Origin: the human T2T-CHM13v2.0 reference genome, Homo sapiens
Length of the DNA: 64,000 bases
Strand: one strand, 5' to 3'
Assembly (NCBI RefSeq): GCF_009914755.1
Contig: NC_060928.1
The translations under genes and the position numbers were made by a program. Below the pieces are notes generated by a model. The model made no database searches, was not told the DNA's origin, and saw only the letters and a list, made by a program, of their open reading frames with translations. Of the stretch, positions 1 through 12,769 are shown piece by piece. Numbering within the stretch: position 1 is the stretch's first letter; each line of letters opens with the position of its first letter.

Positions 1-51
1 TGCTGCACTCCAGCTTGGGTGACAGAGTGAGACCCTGTCTGAAAGAAAGAA

Positions 52-84
<33 letters not shown>

Positions 85-109
85 GAAAGAAAGAAAGAAA
101 GAAAGAAAG
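1..109 (+). mobile_element. Alu 3' end with (GAAA)n/(GA)n tail
   Basis: tgcactccagcttgggtgacagagtgagaccctgtct followed by a purine microsatellite. Confidence 0.9.
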
Positions 110-2387
110 CTCATCAACTGGAATTTTTATTGATATTACATTGGAGTTATAGATTAGTTTGGGAAGAAATTACATCTTCCTAATAATTTTATTTAGATTT
201 ACAAATTTCCCTCTGGGTGTAACTTTAGGTGTGTCTTAAAATGTTTGATATGCAATGCTTTTATTGTTGGTCAATTCTAATTTCCAAAAATTGCTGCAAT
301 TTTTCATTTCTTGGAAATTGCATTTAGCTTTTAGATTACTCACTTCTGTTGAGATGTCAGTTCTAGAATTAGAAACCTCAGGAGGTTTTGTGGCATGTGG
401 GAGGGAAGAATGCTTTTCAGATTCATTTTCATTTCTTTGTTCCAGTCCTGAGTTCAGGGGTGATTTTCTTTTTCCCTGATATTAAGGCCATTGCCATAGC
501 CCATTCTCTTACTCTACACATTTGCCTGTGAACAGATGCTGGATTCTCCAGGATGCGAGATGGGACATTTGGCCCCATCATTTAGCGTCTTTTTTCTTAT
601 GTTCTCAAAATATTTTTCAGGAGGTTAGCAGGGTGTAGATCGATTAAGGGAACAGACAGAATAAATCTCAGCAGTTCTCTATTTTTGAAACATTGATTCT
701 CTGTAGCAGGAAGGTTTGCTTTTTTTATTTTTAAAGACATTAGCCAACCAGCGTAGAAAAGATTGAGTCACAGACTTGCCTGTGACTGCACTCTTCCTCA
801 CCTCCTTCCACCCTTCATAAGGAGGCCTTTCTCTGCTCTGTTCAAAGCCAGTCTCTCAACTGTATTTTTGAATATGCATCCCTCTTTTCTCTTAGATATT
901 CTTTCAGCAATCATTCAAACTTTTCTTTTTAAAAATTCTTTCCAGTTTCTATAATTGCCTTGATTTTTTACAATATAAGAAAGACAAAACAACCTTTTCC
1001 CCTTTCAATTATTTGTTTCCCTGTTGCCTTCTGTTCTCAGCCTGAGTCCTTTAAAGGAACAGTTTATAATCATAGCCTTCACTTTCATTTGGTCTAATGA
1101 CTCCACTGAAATGTGTGGCACAGGACACCCACAGCCTGGTTCCTAAGTATAGTGAAACTTTTCAGATGTTATTTGTCCTCTCTGCACCTGTCATGACTTT
1201 CTTTTGGAAACCTTTTTCCTCCTTTGACTTCTCAGTCACCATGCTCTTTTTTCTCTCCCTTATCTTTGGATCATTTCTTCTTGGTCACCTGTACTAGTTT
1301 TTTTTTCTTCTTCTTCTTCTTTTCTTAAATGCTGATGCTACCCAGGTCCTTGCCCACTTCTGTCTTGTCCTGCATACTTTTCCTGAATCACTCAACTAAT
1401 TTTTAGTTTCAACAATTGCTTGTATATGATGACCCCATACCTCTCCCACGAGCTCCAGAACTGTAAGTTACATTACTCCCTGGATTGTGCATGTTCCAAA
1501 CTGAGCTCATGGCACTCCCCCACACCTATTCTTTCTTGTACTCTGTGAGCGACATCACTTGTCCCCCAAGACAGGCCCCTGGAAGCCATGTGAGATGGTT
1601 TTTTCTTCACTGCTCTCAAATCTCTCACAACCTCCACGGCTCTAATTCAACCCTTAATCATCTTGATTCATGCTCCTTGCCATGGTCTTCCAATGCGGTT
1701 TCCAACTCTCCTCTTTACCCTCCAAACTGAGGCCAAAATGATCTTTCTTAGATACAAATACAGCCATGTTTCTACTGTGTTTAGAATTGCAGGGGTTCAA
1801 TCTCATTGCCTTTCCTAGGATGAAAATCTAGACAACAGAGTCAGGCCATAGGTTTCTATAATCTGGACTTCCCATTTTTCCAGCCAAATGAAACTACTGT
1901 TTTCCTGGGCAGCCTAGTCTCCTCCCAGGTTCTGAGCCTTGGCTTACTTTGCTGCCTCAGCCTGGAGTACATTCCCTTCAGCCTGACATGGTCCTACTGC
2001 TTCCTAAGACAATGCTCAACGGTTGCTCCTCTATGAATGCTTTCTTGACTTTTCCACCTCTTACCCCCACCCTCACATTTTTTTTTGAATTTTCATTGTG
2101 CCTATATAGATTGATCTGAGTGATATTTTAAATATTTCCAATATTGTCTATTTCTTTTCCTGTATTAGACTACTAAGCTACTTAAAGTGAAAACTAAGTT
2201 GATTTTGTTTTTGTGTTTCTAACCCCGGCACAAGACCTGACACAGACCTTAGCAGATGTTTTAGGGGGTAAATGAATAAGTGAATGAGATCCTGAAAGAC
2301 TGTGTGAAGTTCAGCAATTTTAACATAATTTTAGTAGCATGACCTTGCTTAGTAGAATCTTGACTTTCTGAATTCTCTCTCCAAGTA

Positions 2388-2503
2388 GGGTAGAATAAAG
2401 GATAAAATATTTGGTACATACTTATGCTAAAAAACTTTATTATTTATCTGAAATTCAAATTTTATGGAGCATCTGATATTTTTATTTGATAAACCTGGCA
2501 ACC
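2388..2503. mobile_element. MER53-like hAT MITE fragment
   Basis: acatacttatgctaaaaaa...tttatctgaaattcaaatttt...ctggcaacc matches recalled MER53 arm. Confidence 0.65.
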
Positions 2504-2801
2504 GCACCTCTAAGGCCATTTTAACTTTAAACCTCATATTAAGTTGGTTACACTGGTGGGTGTGCCTGAGAGTTTTTGCTATGCTTAGTTCAATGAGTAA
2601 TTCTTCAATTCTCTTTCAACTGTGAAAACAAAAAGCACAGAGTCCGATGAAATGTTGGAATCAAGGAAACAGAATTTTGCTGAGCAGCCAGAAAATGAGA
2701 TTATGATATTGATACCCATTGTGGATATTGTAAAGAATAGACTTCACTGCTTCTTTTGCTCACTATTGCCTTTCTCTGATGGGTTTTTTGCCTCCCCTTA
2801 G

Positions 2802-2942
2802 CTTGTGACCAATCCTGTGACAGTTGTGGCCCCAGTAGCCCCAGGTGTCTTACCTGTACTGAGAAGACAGTGCTGCATGATGGGAAATGCATGTCTGAAT
2901 GCCCTGGCGGGTACTATGCTGATGCCACTGGCAGGTGCAAAG
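2802..2942 (+). CDS. FRAS1: FRAS1 coding exon (~exon 16), furin-like Cys-rich repeat
   Basis: Acceptor cctccccttag|, donor G|gtaaga; 141 nt, phase 1-1; encodes CDQSCDSCGPSSPRCLTCTEKTVLHDGKCMSECPGGYYADATGRCK. Confidence 0.96.
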
Positions 2943-4149
2943 GTAAGAGATGGGTCACCATCATCATCATCAAAAAGTATTGAGTACATGTTTGACTATA
3001 CTTGGTGTTATATGTTGCTAATTTGGGAACTCGAGTGTATGATGGGAAAGCATAACTTTAAAAGATAGCTTTTTTCATTATGAAGCCAATGTGTATTTGA
3101 TATGGGAGTGGGAGATATGGGTGGATGCTGGGGGACTAGAGTGCTTTCATGAAGGACTTACGCATATTAATCATCATTAGAGTTCATTTGGTCCTTTTGA
3201 AATGCCCAACATACAGTCCTTGTTTACTTGTAAACCATCACTAACTTAGGTTGCAGATGTAACAGAATCATTTCTTTTATGACATAGGTCATATATTGGC
3301 AACTACAACACACCACAAAAATAAAATTAAAAAGTTAAACCAAGTTTGATAGCTAGTAAAGCTAAAGTCTGTATCTACTGGAAACTTGTTTTTGTGTGCT
3401 ACTTATATATTGTTTCTTTCAGACTTATGCAGCCTAAACTATGAAACATACCCATTTGAGACTTTATAAATTTCTACCTTATGTATGCCTGACTTGTGTC
3501 TTTCCTCACAGGTAACTCTGAGAACTTCTTGTTGCCTGGGACATCTTGATCTCCCCTCCTCTCTGAAACATATGCCCACATCCTCACGTCTACCTACTGT
3601 CTGTTAGTGCAGGGTGTTTAGACCCATCTCAACATCTCTCCTTAGCAGCCTCCCCTTTGCCTGCCAACCTCTTTACTCACCTGGTGTTCACCACCTTTCC
3701 TCTGTGTCCTGCCCCCACGTTCTCATCCCATCTCTACCCACCACCCCCAACTCCTGACCATGGTCCTGCAGAGTCTTCTTCCCATATCTCACTCCTGACC
3801 CCAGCCCTGCTAGAGGCTCAGCCAGGCCATGCCACCAGTACCTGTCCCTTAGAGTCAGAGATGTCCCCATTAACACCAGGGTCAAAGCAGGGGACATGTG
3901 TTCCTGACATTGTCATATGTTGTGGTCAGAGTCATTACTGTAATTGTTACTTAAAATCCTAGAATGTCAAAGCTGGAAGTATCTTAAATGATCATTTAGT
4001 CCAACCTTTCACTGTGCTCATGCCAAGAAAACTAGGCCAGGAGAGACCCAGGCTTGACTGAGGGCATTGAAGAATTGGTGGAGAAACTGCTCAAAATGCC
4101 AGTGCTTCCAACACTCTGACCCATGGCCTTTCCACTCTAATTCATTTAG

Positions 4150-4360
4150 GCAGTGTGAGGTTTAGGTCCAGACAGACCTAGGGCTAAATCCCAGCCCTGC
4201 TATGAATAAAGCATGTCACCGTGGGTAAATTTTTGAACTTCCAAGACCTCAGTCTCCTCATCTATAAAATGTAGTTAATAATGCCTACCTCATAATGTTG
4301 TTAGGAAAATTAAAAGTGACAATGTGTAGAAAGTGCTTAGTACAAACACTAAATAAAGGG
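4150..4360. mobile_element. MIR
   Basis: MIR core cctcagtctcctcatctataaaatg...aataatgcctacctcata; other MIRs at ~8350-8590, 19740-19900, 31460-31750, 33470-33700, 39590-39770, 46000-46160, 52590-52840, 54990-55140, 56370-56600 and 62070-62290. Confidence 0.8.
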
Positions 4361-4575
4361 TAGCTAATAAGCAATATGTAGAGCATGGCTAAATGGTGGG
4401 TAAACGGCCATGTGGGCAGTTCTGGCAGTGTAACCACCTCCTAACACATTTTCCCCTTGGTTTGGTGTGACATCCACAGGGGACTAAGAGTCCCAGGCCC
4501 GTGAAGCCCAGCCAGGAAGTGGGCACTTTATTCACCCATGTCCCATGGCATTCTCCCTCTCACTCTCTTCCTCAG

Positions 4576-4716
4576 TTTGTCATAACTCATGTGCCAGCTG
4601 CTCTGGGCCCACACCCTCTCACTGTACAGCCTGCAGCCCCCCCAAGGCTCTGCGTCAAGGCCACTGTCTGCCCCGCTGTGGAGAGGGTTTCTACTCTGAC
4701 CACGGAGTCTGCAAAG
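4576..4716 (+). CDS. FRAS1: FRAS1 coding exon (~exon 17), FU repeat
   Basis: ctctcttcctcag| ... G|gtatcg; 141 nt; CHNSCASCSGPTPSHCTACSPPKALRQGHCLPRCGEGFYSDHGVCK. Confidence 0.96.
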
Positions 4717-5232
4717 GTATCGTTGGTGTCACCATCATTCTTGAGAGGCTATCCCACAAGAACATAGATTTACTTTTTTCCAATAATATAACTTTCCAGT
4801 GTAACTTTTCTTCTAGTGTATCTTTTATGGCTATCCATACATTATATGCATTTTTCATTACAGTAGTTTTGCAAAGGGTTAATCTGAAAAAATTTTATTT
4901 GAAAATTTGTGAAGACACTCAAAGTGTTATGATTTTTTTTTCTGGCTGTTTTTAGGGGGAATATTAAATTAAACAAACTAGAACTCTTATTTCCTCCTTT
5001 CTCTGCTCTCTTACCTTTGCTAATGTTTTTCTTAGACTTCATTTTGTTTTTCCCTAAAGAATTTCTTTTTGGTAATGACACTGCTGAGCAAACTGAGAGT
5101 CACTAGCGATGCCTCTGGGCTGAGTGAAATGGAAAAATCTTAAATAGCTGTTTACCATAAAGGCTTTGGGCTGCTTGGGAGGGCAATATCATTTAAGCAT
5201 TTTGAAACTAGAATATTGGGAACAAACACTTT

Positions 5233-5308
5233 AATTAAGTGAAATAAATGTATATTTATTTATACATCAGAATTAAGTGAAATCAATGTATATTTATTTG
5301 TATATCAG
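5233..5308. repeat. 38-bp tandem duplication (3 mismatches)
   Basis: aattaagtgaaataaatgtatatttatttatacatcag / aattaagtgaaatcaatgtatatttatttgtatatcag. Confidence 0.92.
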
Positions 5309-6017
5309 GCACCTTAGAACAGAGTTTGAGAATAGTTACAAGAACAATGTATTTGAAACAGGAAAGCTGCAACAACTGTTTCAGAAGAGAAAATTTACAG
5401 AATCTTTTAAAGAACGGGAGAGTTAATTGTATTCAAATGTGGGCACCAGATAGTTTGACTACCTTATTTGGCTTTGCTTTTCACCAGTAGCCAGGGTAAG
5501 CAAAATACTGTCTAGAAAAGCAGGCTTTAGCCAGAAAAATTCTAAGAGGAATTTGTTGCCTGGACCCCTATGTAGTGGGTGTTGGATGACTCATGGGTAA
5601 TAACACAACCACCATTTTTGCAAAAGATACAGTAATGGCCTCCCTATGAATGGTTCTAAAAATCTGCAATAAAAACCAAGGGCATAATGTTAAATCATCA
5701 TTTAGTGAGTGTGTTTCTCTGGAGAACCAAGCCAATATTGTCCAGTTTGCTGTTTTTGCTCATTTGTTTGTTTGTTGTTGTTGTTGTCTAGCCCGACAGC
5801 CCTTATGGGACCTGGGAGATGTGACTGGTTAACACCACCCCTCACTGTTCCTTTCACAAACATTATTATCACTCTGTGCTTTGTATAGAACATTAGAAAA
5901 ATAATATGCTGAAAGGCTGCATTTGGTGAACTTTTCTAAGTGGGTTTGATTTAATGAAAGATTTGCAACATATATTTGATCCTTGGATTATTTTCTGCAT
6001 TTTATTTCCATTTGCAG

Positions 6018-6194
6018 CCTGTCACTCCTCCTGCCTGGCTTGTATGGGTCCCGCACCCTCTCACTGTACTGGGTGTAAGAAGCCAGAGGAAGGACTGCAA
6101 GTGGAGCAGCTGTCTGACGTGGGCATCCCCTCTGGCGAGTGTCTAGCCCAGTGTAGAGCCCATTTTTACTTGGAGAGCACTGGCATATGTGAAG
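6018..6194 (+). CDS. FRAS1: FRAS1 coding exon (~exon 18), FU repeat with insert
   Basis: tttccatttgcag| ... G|gtaagc; 177 nt; CHSSCLACMGPAPSHCTGCKKPEEGLQVEQLSDVGIPSGECLAQCRAHFYLESTGICE. Confidence 0.96.
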
Positions 6195-6567
6195 GTAAGC
6201 ATGATTTGAGAAAGTGTTAGGTAGCCTCTGGGCTTATCTCTTGAGAGATGCTGTGAGGTGGGACCAAAGCCAGGAAGACCGATGTTTAATTTTAGAATGG
6301 TTCCTAGATGCTTGTGAATAAAGCAGGAGACCAACGTGCAAAAGAGTAGCCCCCACCAATAGCCTCCCTCCCTTTGTGAACCATAGATGATCTTAAAGAG
6401 CTAATCCCTTCCACTCCACCTTTTCCAAGGTTCCATTCGCAGGAGTCCCAGACAGAAATTCTTTCAGGGACCACTATGTGTAGTTACAAAAGACTCAGAG
6501 CTCATTGTAGAATTTCATTTATTATTTCTTCTAATTTGCTACTCTGAATATGAATTGGTCCCTTCAG

Positions 6568-6644
6568 GGCAAAATCTGGACTTCTGTCAGAATTTAGAAG
6601 TGATTTCTGCTGTTTGCCTTGGCATATCATCTACAGAGAATTGA
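6568..6644 (+). CDS. FRAS1: Probable alternative terminal exon of FRAS1 (short isoform)
   Basis: Acceptor tcccttcag| at 6567; read in phase 1 after exon 6018-6194 it gives GQNLDFCQNLEVISAVCLGISSTEN* (TGA 6642-6644); AATAAA at 6655-6660, ATTAAA at 6833-6838. Confidence 0.6.
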
Positions 6645-8769
6645 TGACATCCTGAATAAATAATTTGACTCAATAGCCAGGCCATCTATGAGTGGTTGAG
6701 GAGATGAAAGGGAAGTATTATAGTTTCCTTTCTGTTCCCACAAGTAGCCTTGCTGTTGGGTGAATAGTTTGACTCTAAAGCTACGTGAAAAAAAAATCAT
6801 TAGTTTGTATTTTTCATTGTAAACATATGTTCATTAAAAAAATTTTATAATACACCCACTACCTAAACCCAATTGCCTTTTCCATTTTGTTATAATATCT
6901 GAGTCTTTTTTCATATTCATAGCTTTGTGTGTTTATATTTGTAACATAACAGTAAGCATGCTGCAAATTCAGTTTTGTATCCTACAAGTCTACTCACTGA
7001 AGTGGCCTCCAATTCAATATACCCTCCCAGTGAAATGTGGGTTTCAAGACTAGGTTAAAAGATTTCAGGCACAAGGTGTCATATGGCACAGCAGGAAGGA
7101 TGCAGAATTGAAATGCAGAGGCCCAGGGCCAGACACTTAACCTCTCTAAGTGTTTGCATTCACAGTGTTAGAATAGGCTGACATGTAGCCTTTTTGCTAG
7201 GCTCAAAGATGGTTAAGAGTGTCAAAGTGGCCGGTAAATTATAAAGCCCTCCTGCTCCGTGGGTGCAAACCTCCATCCATGTACTCAGGTGTCCTGGAAC
7301 ATGATGGGGAATCCCCTGCTCCCTGGGAGGCTCCAGACTCCAGAGGATTTTCATGGTGCCCAGAAATTGAAGGGAAGGTCACCACTCTCCAGACATCCTG
7401 GTTTCTACCCATGTATGCATTGCCCAACCTCTCTGTGGCCATTTAAACTCCTGTGGCTCTGTTTTTATAACCACTTGTGGAATATGGGCATCATTGTTGC
7501 TGCCTAGTCCCAGTGCTGTCCCAAGGCACATGCCACACAGCCTTCCCCTGTGGTCTGGTTACTTCCAGGTGCCAAAGTGGAGGGTGATGTGGCTCTTTCC
7601 TTAGGGACCCCACAGACTCTGGTGGGAGGAGAGGTGCTGGGGAGCAAGTGGCGGAAAAAAGCATTTTTCTCCTCTGTTTAATTGCTTCTCCATTCTCTTC
7701 CGTGGGTTTAGGTTTGCCAGACAAGCTTCCTCCAGTCACTTCCGCTTTCTGGCAAAACCTATGTCCCCTAAAGAAAATTATTATAGTGCCTAGCCCTGCT
7801 TGATGTGAGGAAAGTACAAGGAGAAAATAGAAAGAGAAAGCATAACTTCTCTCTCCCTCCCTCCTTCTGTCTCTCTCTCTCTCTCTCTCCCGCATTTTAC
7901 AGAAGTGGTTTTTGTTTGATGGAATCTGTGAAACTAGTCTGCATAGTTTTACACAGCCTTGAACTGTGCACCCTGAGGTTTTTAGTGGAAACCACAGAGG
8001 AATTAGACCTCCAGGAACACCAGTCTTTCCAAGAATTCAGAGAGATGCCAAGTGAGACCCCTGGCTTTTGTGACACACAGGTTGAAAGTGGAGGAGCTAG
8101 AAAAGCCCACAAGAAATTCCTCACTGTAGCCTGATGATTCTGGTTTTCCCATTGGTACAGTGCTCCCATGAAAAAACAAAGTGACATCTTCCTAGACCAC
8201 TCAGCGCAGTTAGGTGCTTCTTACAATTTTGAGCACCACATTAAACATTCAAAAATGGGGAATTCGGAGTGGGTTCAGAAATAGTTAGAATTGTAAATAA
8301 ATAAAAATTAGAGTGACCAGGGTTTTTCAGCCCAGAAAATAATATGACCATTTATTTGATACCCACCATGAGCCAGGCACTGTGAGAAGTGCCTTACTAG
8401 TTTTGCTCACTTAGTCTCAATGCCAGCCTTATGGGGTCAGTAGGACAACTGTTGTCCAGGAGCAGAAACTGAGGCTTGAGGAAGTTGAGGTTGTGATGTG
8501 CTCAAAGTCATGTAGCCAGCACAGAGTAGAATCCCGTGGGAATCTAAGTCCAGTATCCAGTATCCGTGCTATAAACCATCACGCTACTGTATTCCAGTGG
8601 CTGAAGAGTTCAAGGTGGTACAGCTCCTAGTCTCCATTCCATACAGGAGAGAAGCACAGCATACTAATGCTTCAGGGTTAGAGCATCTTAAATTTAAGAA
8701 AACATCCTTGACAAAGGGAAGGTTTCTGGGAAGCCCTTTATACAGGCACCTTTAAAACGATTAGAATCT

Positions 8770-9064
8770 GACTGGGTTCGGTGGCTCACGCCTGTAATCC
8801 CAGCACTTTGGGAGGCCGAGGCAGGTGGATCACCTGAGGTCTGGAGTTCGACACCAGCTTGGCCAACATGGTGAAACCCCATCTCTACTAAAAATACAAA
8901 AAATTAGCTGGGCATGGTGGCACGTGCCTGTAGTCCCAGCTACTTGGGAGGGTGAGGCAGGAGAATAGCTTGAACTCGGGGGCGGGGGTTACAGTGAGCT
9001 GAGATCACACCATTGCTCTCCAGCCTGGAGTTAACAAAACTTCGTCAAAAAAAAAAAAAAAAAA
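8770..9064 (+). mobile_element. AluS, full length
   Basis: Dimeric Alu, poly(A) tail, TSD ttagaatct on both sides. Confidence 0.95.
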
Positions 9065-11104
9065 GGTTAGAATCTAATCCTGCCAGAATGGTTTCATTGT
9101 GGTCCCATGTGAAAGGACTGAATTGACCTCTTGAGTCCCTTGTAGCCCTGTGACTTTATGCTCGTTAACATAATATTATTAGATATCATACATATAGCTC
9201 TCTACTCATGTTTATTAGCAAATCCCTGTGCAGTCTCACTAGGTAGGTTGTTGTACTCAATTTACAAGTGATGAGAATGTGGCAGAAAGAGGTTAATTGA
9301 GTTGCCTAAGATTCCATTGGGAAACCGAGCACAACTACCAATTGTTTCCAACCTTACCTGAGTGTTATGTGTGCTGATTGATGTATTTCCTGTCAGTCAT
9401 CCCGTATCTCTGGAAACCTTTCTGCCTTCCCATAATCTGTTCCGTTTTCAATTCTGCTGAAGTGCTGTCTATGAATCAGGCCTGGGAGTCCTATGAGATT
9501 GCACTGGGCTCTTCTTCCCACATCTTCCCAGAAATATCTTTGCCTCTCTGCAGAATGTTAAAAAGGTTAGATGGGTGTTGTGTGTATGTGTGTGCGTGTG
9601 AGTGTGTGCGCACATATGCACTATTGAGGGTTTCTTTTATAGCACCTTTAGTTTCAAATGCTTTCTGTAAGGAAGAGAAAAACAACTGTTTTCTAGAACT
9701 CTCCTTCCTTTCTTTGAGACTACAGCACAGAGTGATTAGAATATTACTGCAGCTAATAAAAGCAAGAGACAGATTCTTTATAGGAAGAAGCAATTTACTT
9801 AGACACTGAAGTGGTGTCAGCAGTTATCGTAACAGTTTTTACTTTGAGCCACACAACAAACCCTAGTGCAGGATGAAAAAACAATACTACAGATATTTAA
9901 CTAAAATCCAAGTCTGTGATGAGAGGACAAAAAAATTTAAAATTAACAGTGATCAAAAGGAACACTACTTATTGGAAGCTGGAGGACAGTCTGTCTTTAT
10001 TCATTCCTCCGGCAAATGTTTGTTGAGTGTCTCCCGGGTGCCAGGCATTTCTAGGCACTGTGAATATACTAGCAAACGGGTCAAATGAAAAGTCCTTTTC
10101 TCATGGAACTTATATTTTAGTGAGAGAAATAGATAATAAATAATGAATGAATGAATGAGTAACAGTAGCAGCAACAAAACCCATGGATGCTGGTCTGTGC
10201 CCAGAAGCCCCCAGCAAGGTAATGGAGGAGAGAGGAATGGGCTGTTGTGGCTAGAAAGCAGAAGAGCTCTGGTAATATGGCGATGGCCACTTGTATGCAT
10301 TTGTCCTGTGCTTTGGCTCTTCAAAAAAAATGAACTGGGTGCTTCACAAGGCAGAACTTTGACTTCATGTTTCTTTTTCACAAGGCCTCTATGTTTCCAA
10401 AGTGTGGCTAGAATTGCTGGCACAAAAGAGGGTTTGTTGCTAATTGTAAAAGATTGGAGACATTTTCAATAATCAGTCCGAATTGTGCACATTTATTAAA
10501 TATTACTACTGAGTATTAGCGAAAAGAATTGTAGTAATTGTAGTAATTTCATCAAGTTGATCTCACCAGTTTAGCTGAGTGTTTGCTAGCACTGATAGAT
10601 TCAAGTGACTTCATAAAAAAGCAAACCCAAACCCAAGAAATACACATCAGCCCCTTGCACAAAAAAACTAAACAAATTACAACAAATTAATAAAAACCTG
10701 CATCCCCCAAAACAACATCAGAAAACATTTTTTACTTTTTTATCAGTCTTCCTTCACTGATTCCCATGCCTCTGCGGGTGTCAATCTAGATGAGGTCTGT
10801 AGGGGGAGGGGTTTCTCTGCTGCACACCCCCAAGGGCGCTATTCTCATAGCTACCTTTGTGCCTGGCTCCTCCCGGAGTCACTAGTGACAACCAGTGTGG
10901 CAGTACGTGGCAGCCCAGGGATGGACAGACAGAGCAAAGGATCTAGAACTGTATGTCTCCTGGAGGCCTTTGCTACTGATGTTCCTTGGATCTATTTAAA
11001 TTGCTCAGCTCAGCCTCTGATTCTCCTTCCACTATGGTTGAAGGATTTTTTTTTTCTTCTAAAAGGTTTAATTATTTTGAAAACTTAGCTTTTATTTGAG
11101 GTCC

Positions 11105-11255
11105 CTCTAGAACAGAATTTCTCATAGGACTCTCCTGGGAATCTTGTTAAAGATTCAGTCGGGTGGGGGTGAGGTCTGAGTTGCTGCATTTATAACATGC
11201 TCCTAGGTGAGGCTGATGCTGCTGATCCCTGGACCACAGTTTGGAGAAGCAAAGC
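11105..11255. mobile_element. MER5A-like hAT-Charlie MITE
   Basis: ctgcatttataacatgctcctaggtgaggctgatgctgctgatccctggaccacagtttggagaagca. Confidence 0.75.
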
Positions 11256-11434
11256 TTCTAATCAAAGAAGAAGCAGCATATCACTTCAGCACTGGCATAC
11301 TTCTTTCTCTCTTAAAGAGTTAGTAAAACATCCTCGTTTTTGTTTTTTCTCACTGCATGCATTATACATATTACAGAAACTTTAAAAAGTATAAATAAGG
11401 GAAAAAAGAGAAAAATAATACCTATTACTAAATT

Positions 11435-11598
11435 TGATTTAGCAAATAAAAATTCAGGCTTTAGCAACTTTTAAAAAATGAATAATTTTTATAGTATAAG
11501 CATATCCCTAATATTGCATAAGATATTCTAAAATATTATTTGTCGTTTATCTGAAATTCATATTTAACTGAGCGTCTTGTGTTTATCTGGCAACACTA
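11435..11598. mobile_element. MER53-like hAT MITE
   Basis: gatttagcaaataaaaat...tttatctgaaattcatatttaactgagcgtcttgtgtttatctggcaacacta. Confidence 0.7.
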
Positions 11599-12769
11599 CC
11601 TATAACCCTTTCATTTTGAGATTACTACTTTTAATCTTATGGCATAAATTCTGACAGTTGTTTATATAACACACACACACGAACACACATACATGTGGGT
11701 ATATATCCCTTTGTAGTTTAGAAAGTCATCACAACCAATAATTTTGTTGAAAATATTGAAAGTTTGCATATATCTACTCCTACTTTATAGATGAAAAAAG
11801 TGATGCTTAGAAGGAACCAAGTAAAGAATGATTTAGCAATGAGGGATCCTGGGTTCTAATATAGGACATAGTTGCCCAGAACTAATTTACTTACTTTCTT
11901 TTTATTAAGCTCAGATTCCTTTTTTTTTTTTTTTTTTTTTTTTTTTCTGCATGTCACACTAGAGCTTTACAATTTAATTTCAGGCCAGGCCATCCAATTA
12001 ATAATGCAGCTCTGTCGCCATTAAACAATTTGGCAGTGGTGACTGGGACTGGATATGAACATGGTCAGAATGATTAGATTAGCCATGTAATTATCCCCAT
12101 TCCATGGTAAATTAATAATGGAGTCTTTCAATTTCCATGCAGTTCAGCATGAGGATTAAATATGATATAATTTTGAAGACATTACAAGTTTTTATTTTAA
12201 AAATGAACTCTGTACAACAATAATGAGTTTTACTTACACATTGTCTAATTTATTATCTCAGAAGAAACACAGTGTTTTAAAAAAGAATGCAGAGATAATA
12301 AACATCCCAGCAGTCCCATCCCTGCCTTTTCATTGTACTTAGATTGGTGATGGAACTTTGGTCAGGGATTTATCAGGGGAATTTCAGCAACTAAATATTT
12401 CCAGCCTCCTAGGGCTGGGTCTTACTGCACAGAGCAAAATTGCACAAAATTGCTACAGGTTTAGTATCAGTTTTTAAAAAAATAATTCACCAGTTATTTT
12501 GGTCAATTAATTAACTTGGTTTAGGTGAATGGGAAGAAATAAAGCATGCTCTGTGTATTTTGATCATTTAGTTGTTGCTAAGACTCACCAAAGGCCTCAA
12601 GGCAAAGAGTTTTAATTAAAAAAATACGTGGGCAGGAATCTGCCTGTACAGCTTAAGAGTATGTTACCGTTTATGAAGTTGGAATTCTCTTGCATTAATT
12701 GGATTAAGCATATGGAATCTATATTAAGCAATGCCTTTTAATGTAGTCCCTAGAGTGCTGACATGCGCT

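Noticed and set aside
4545-4955. Track ORFs that extend FRAS1 exons into introns (also 5954, 24809, 44556, 50849, 53807, 56800, 60833)
   Set aside because: Only the GT-AG-bounded parts encode FU/CSPG modules; the flanks are intron read-through.
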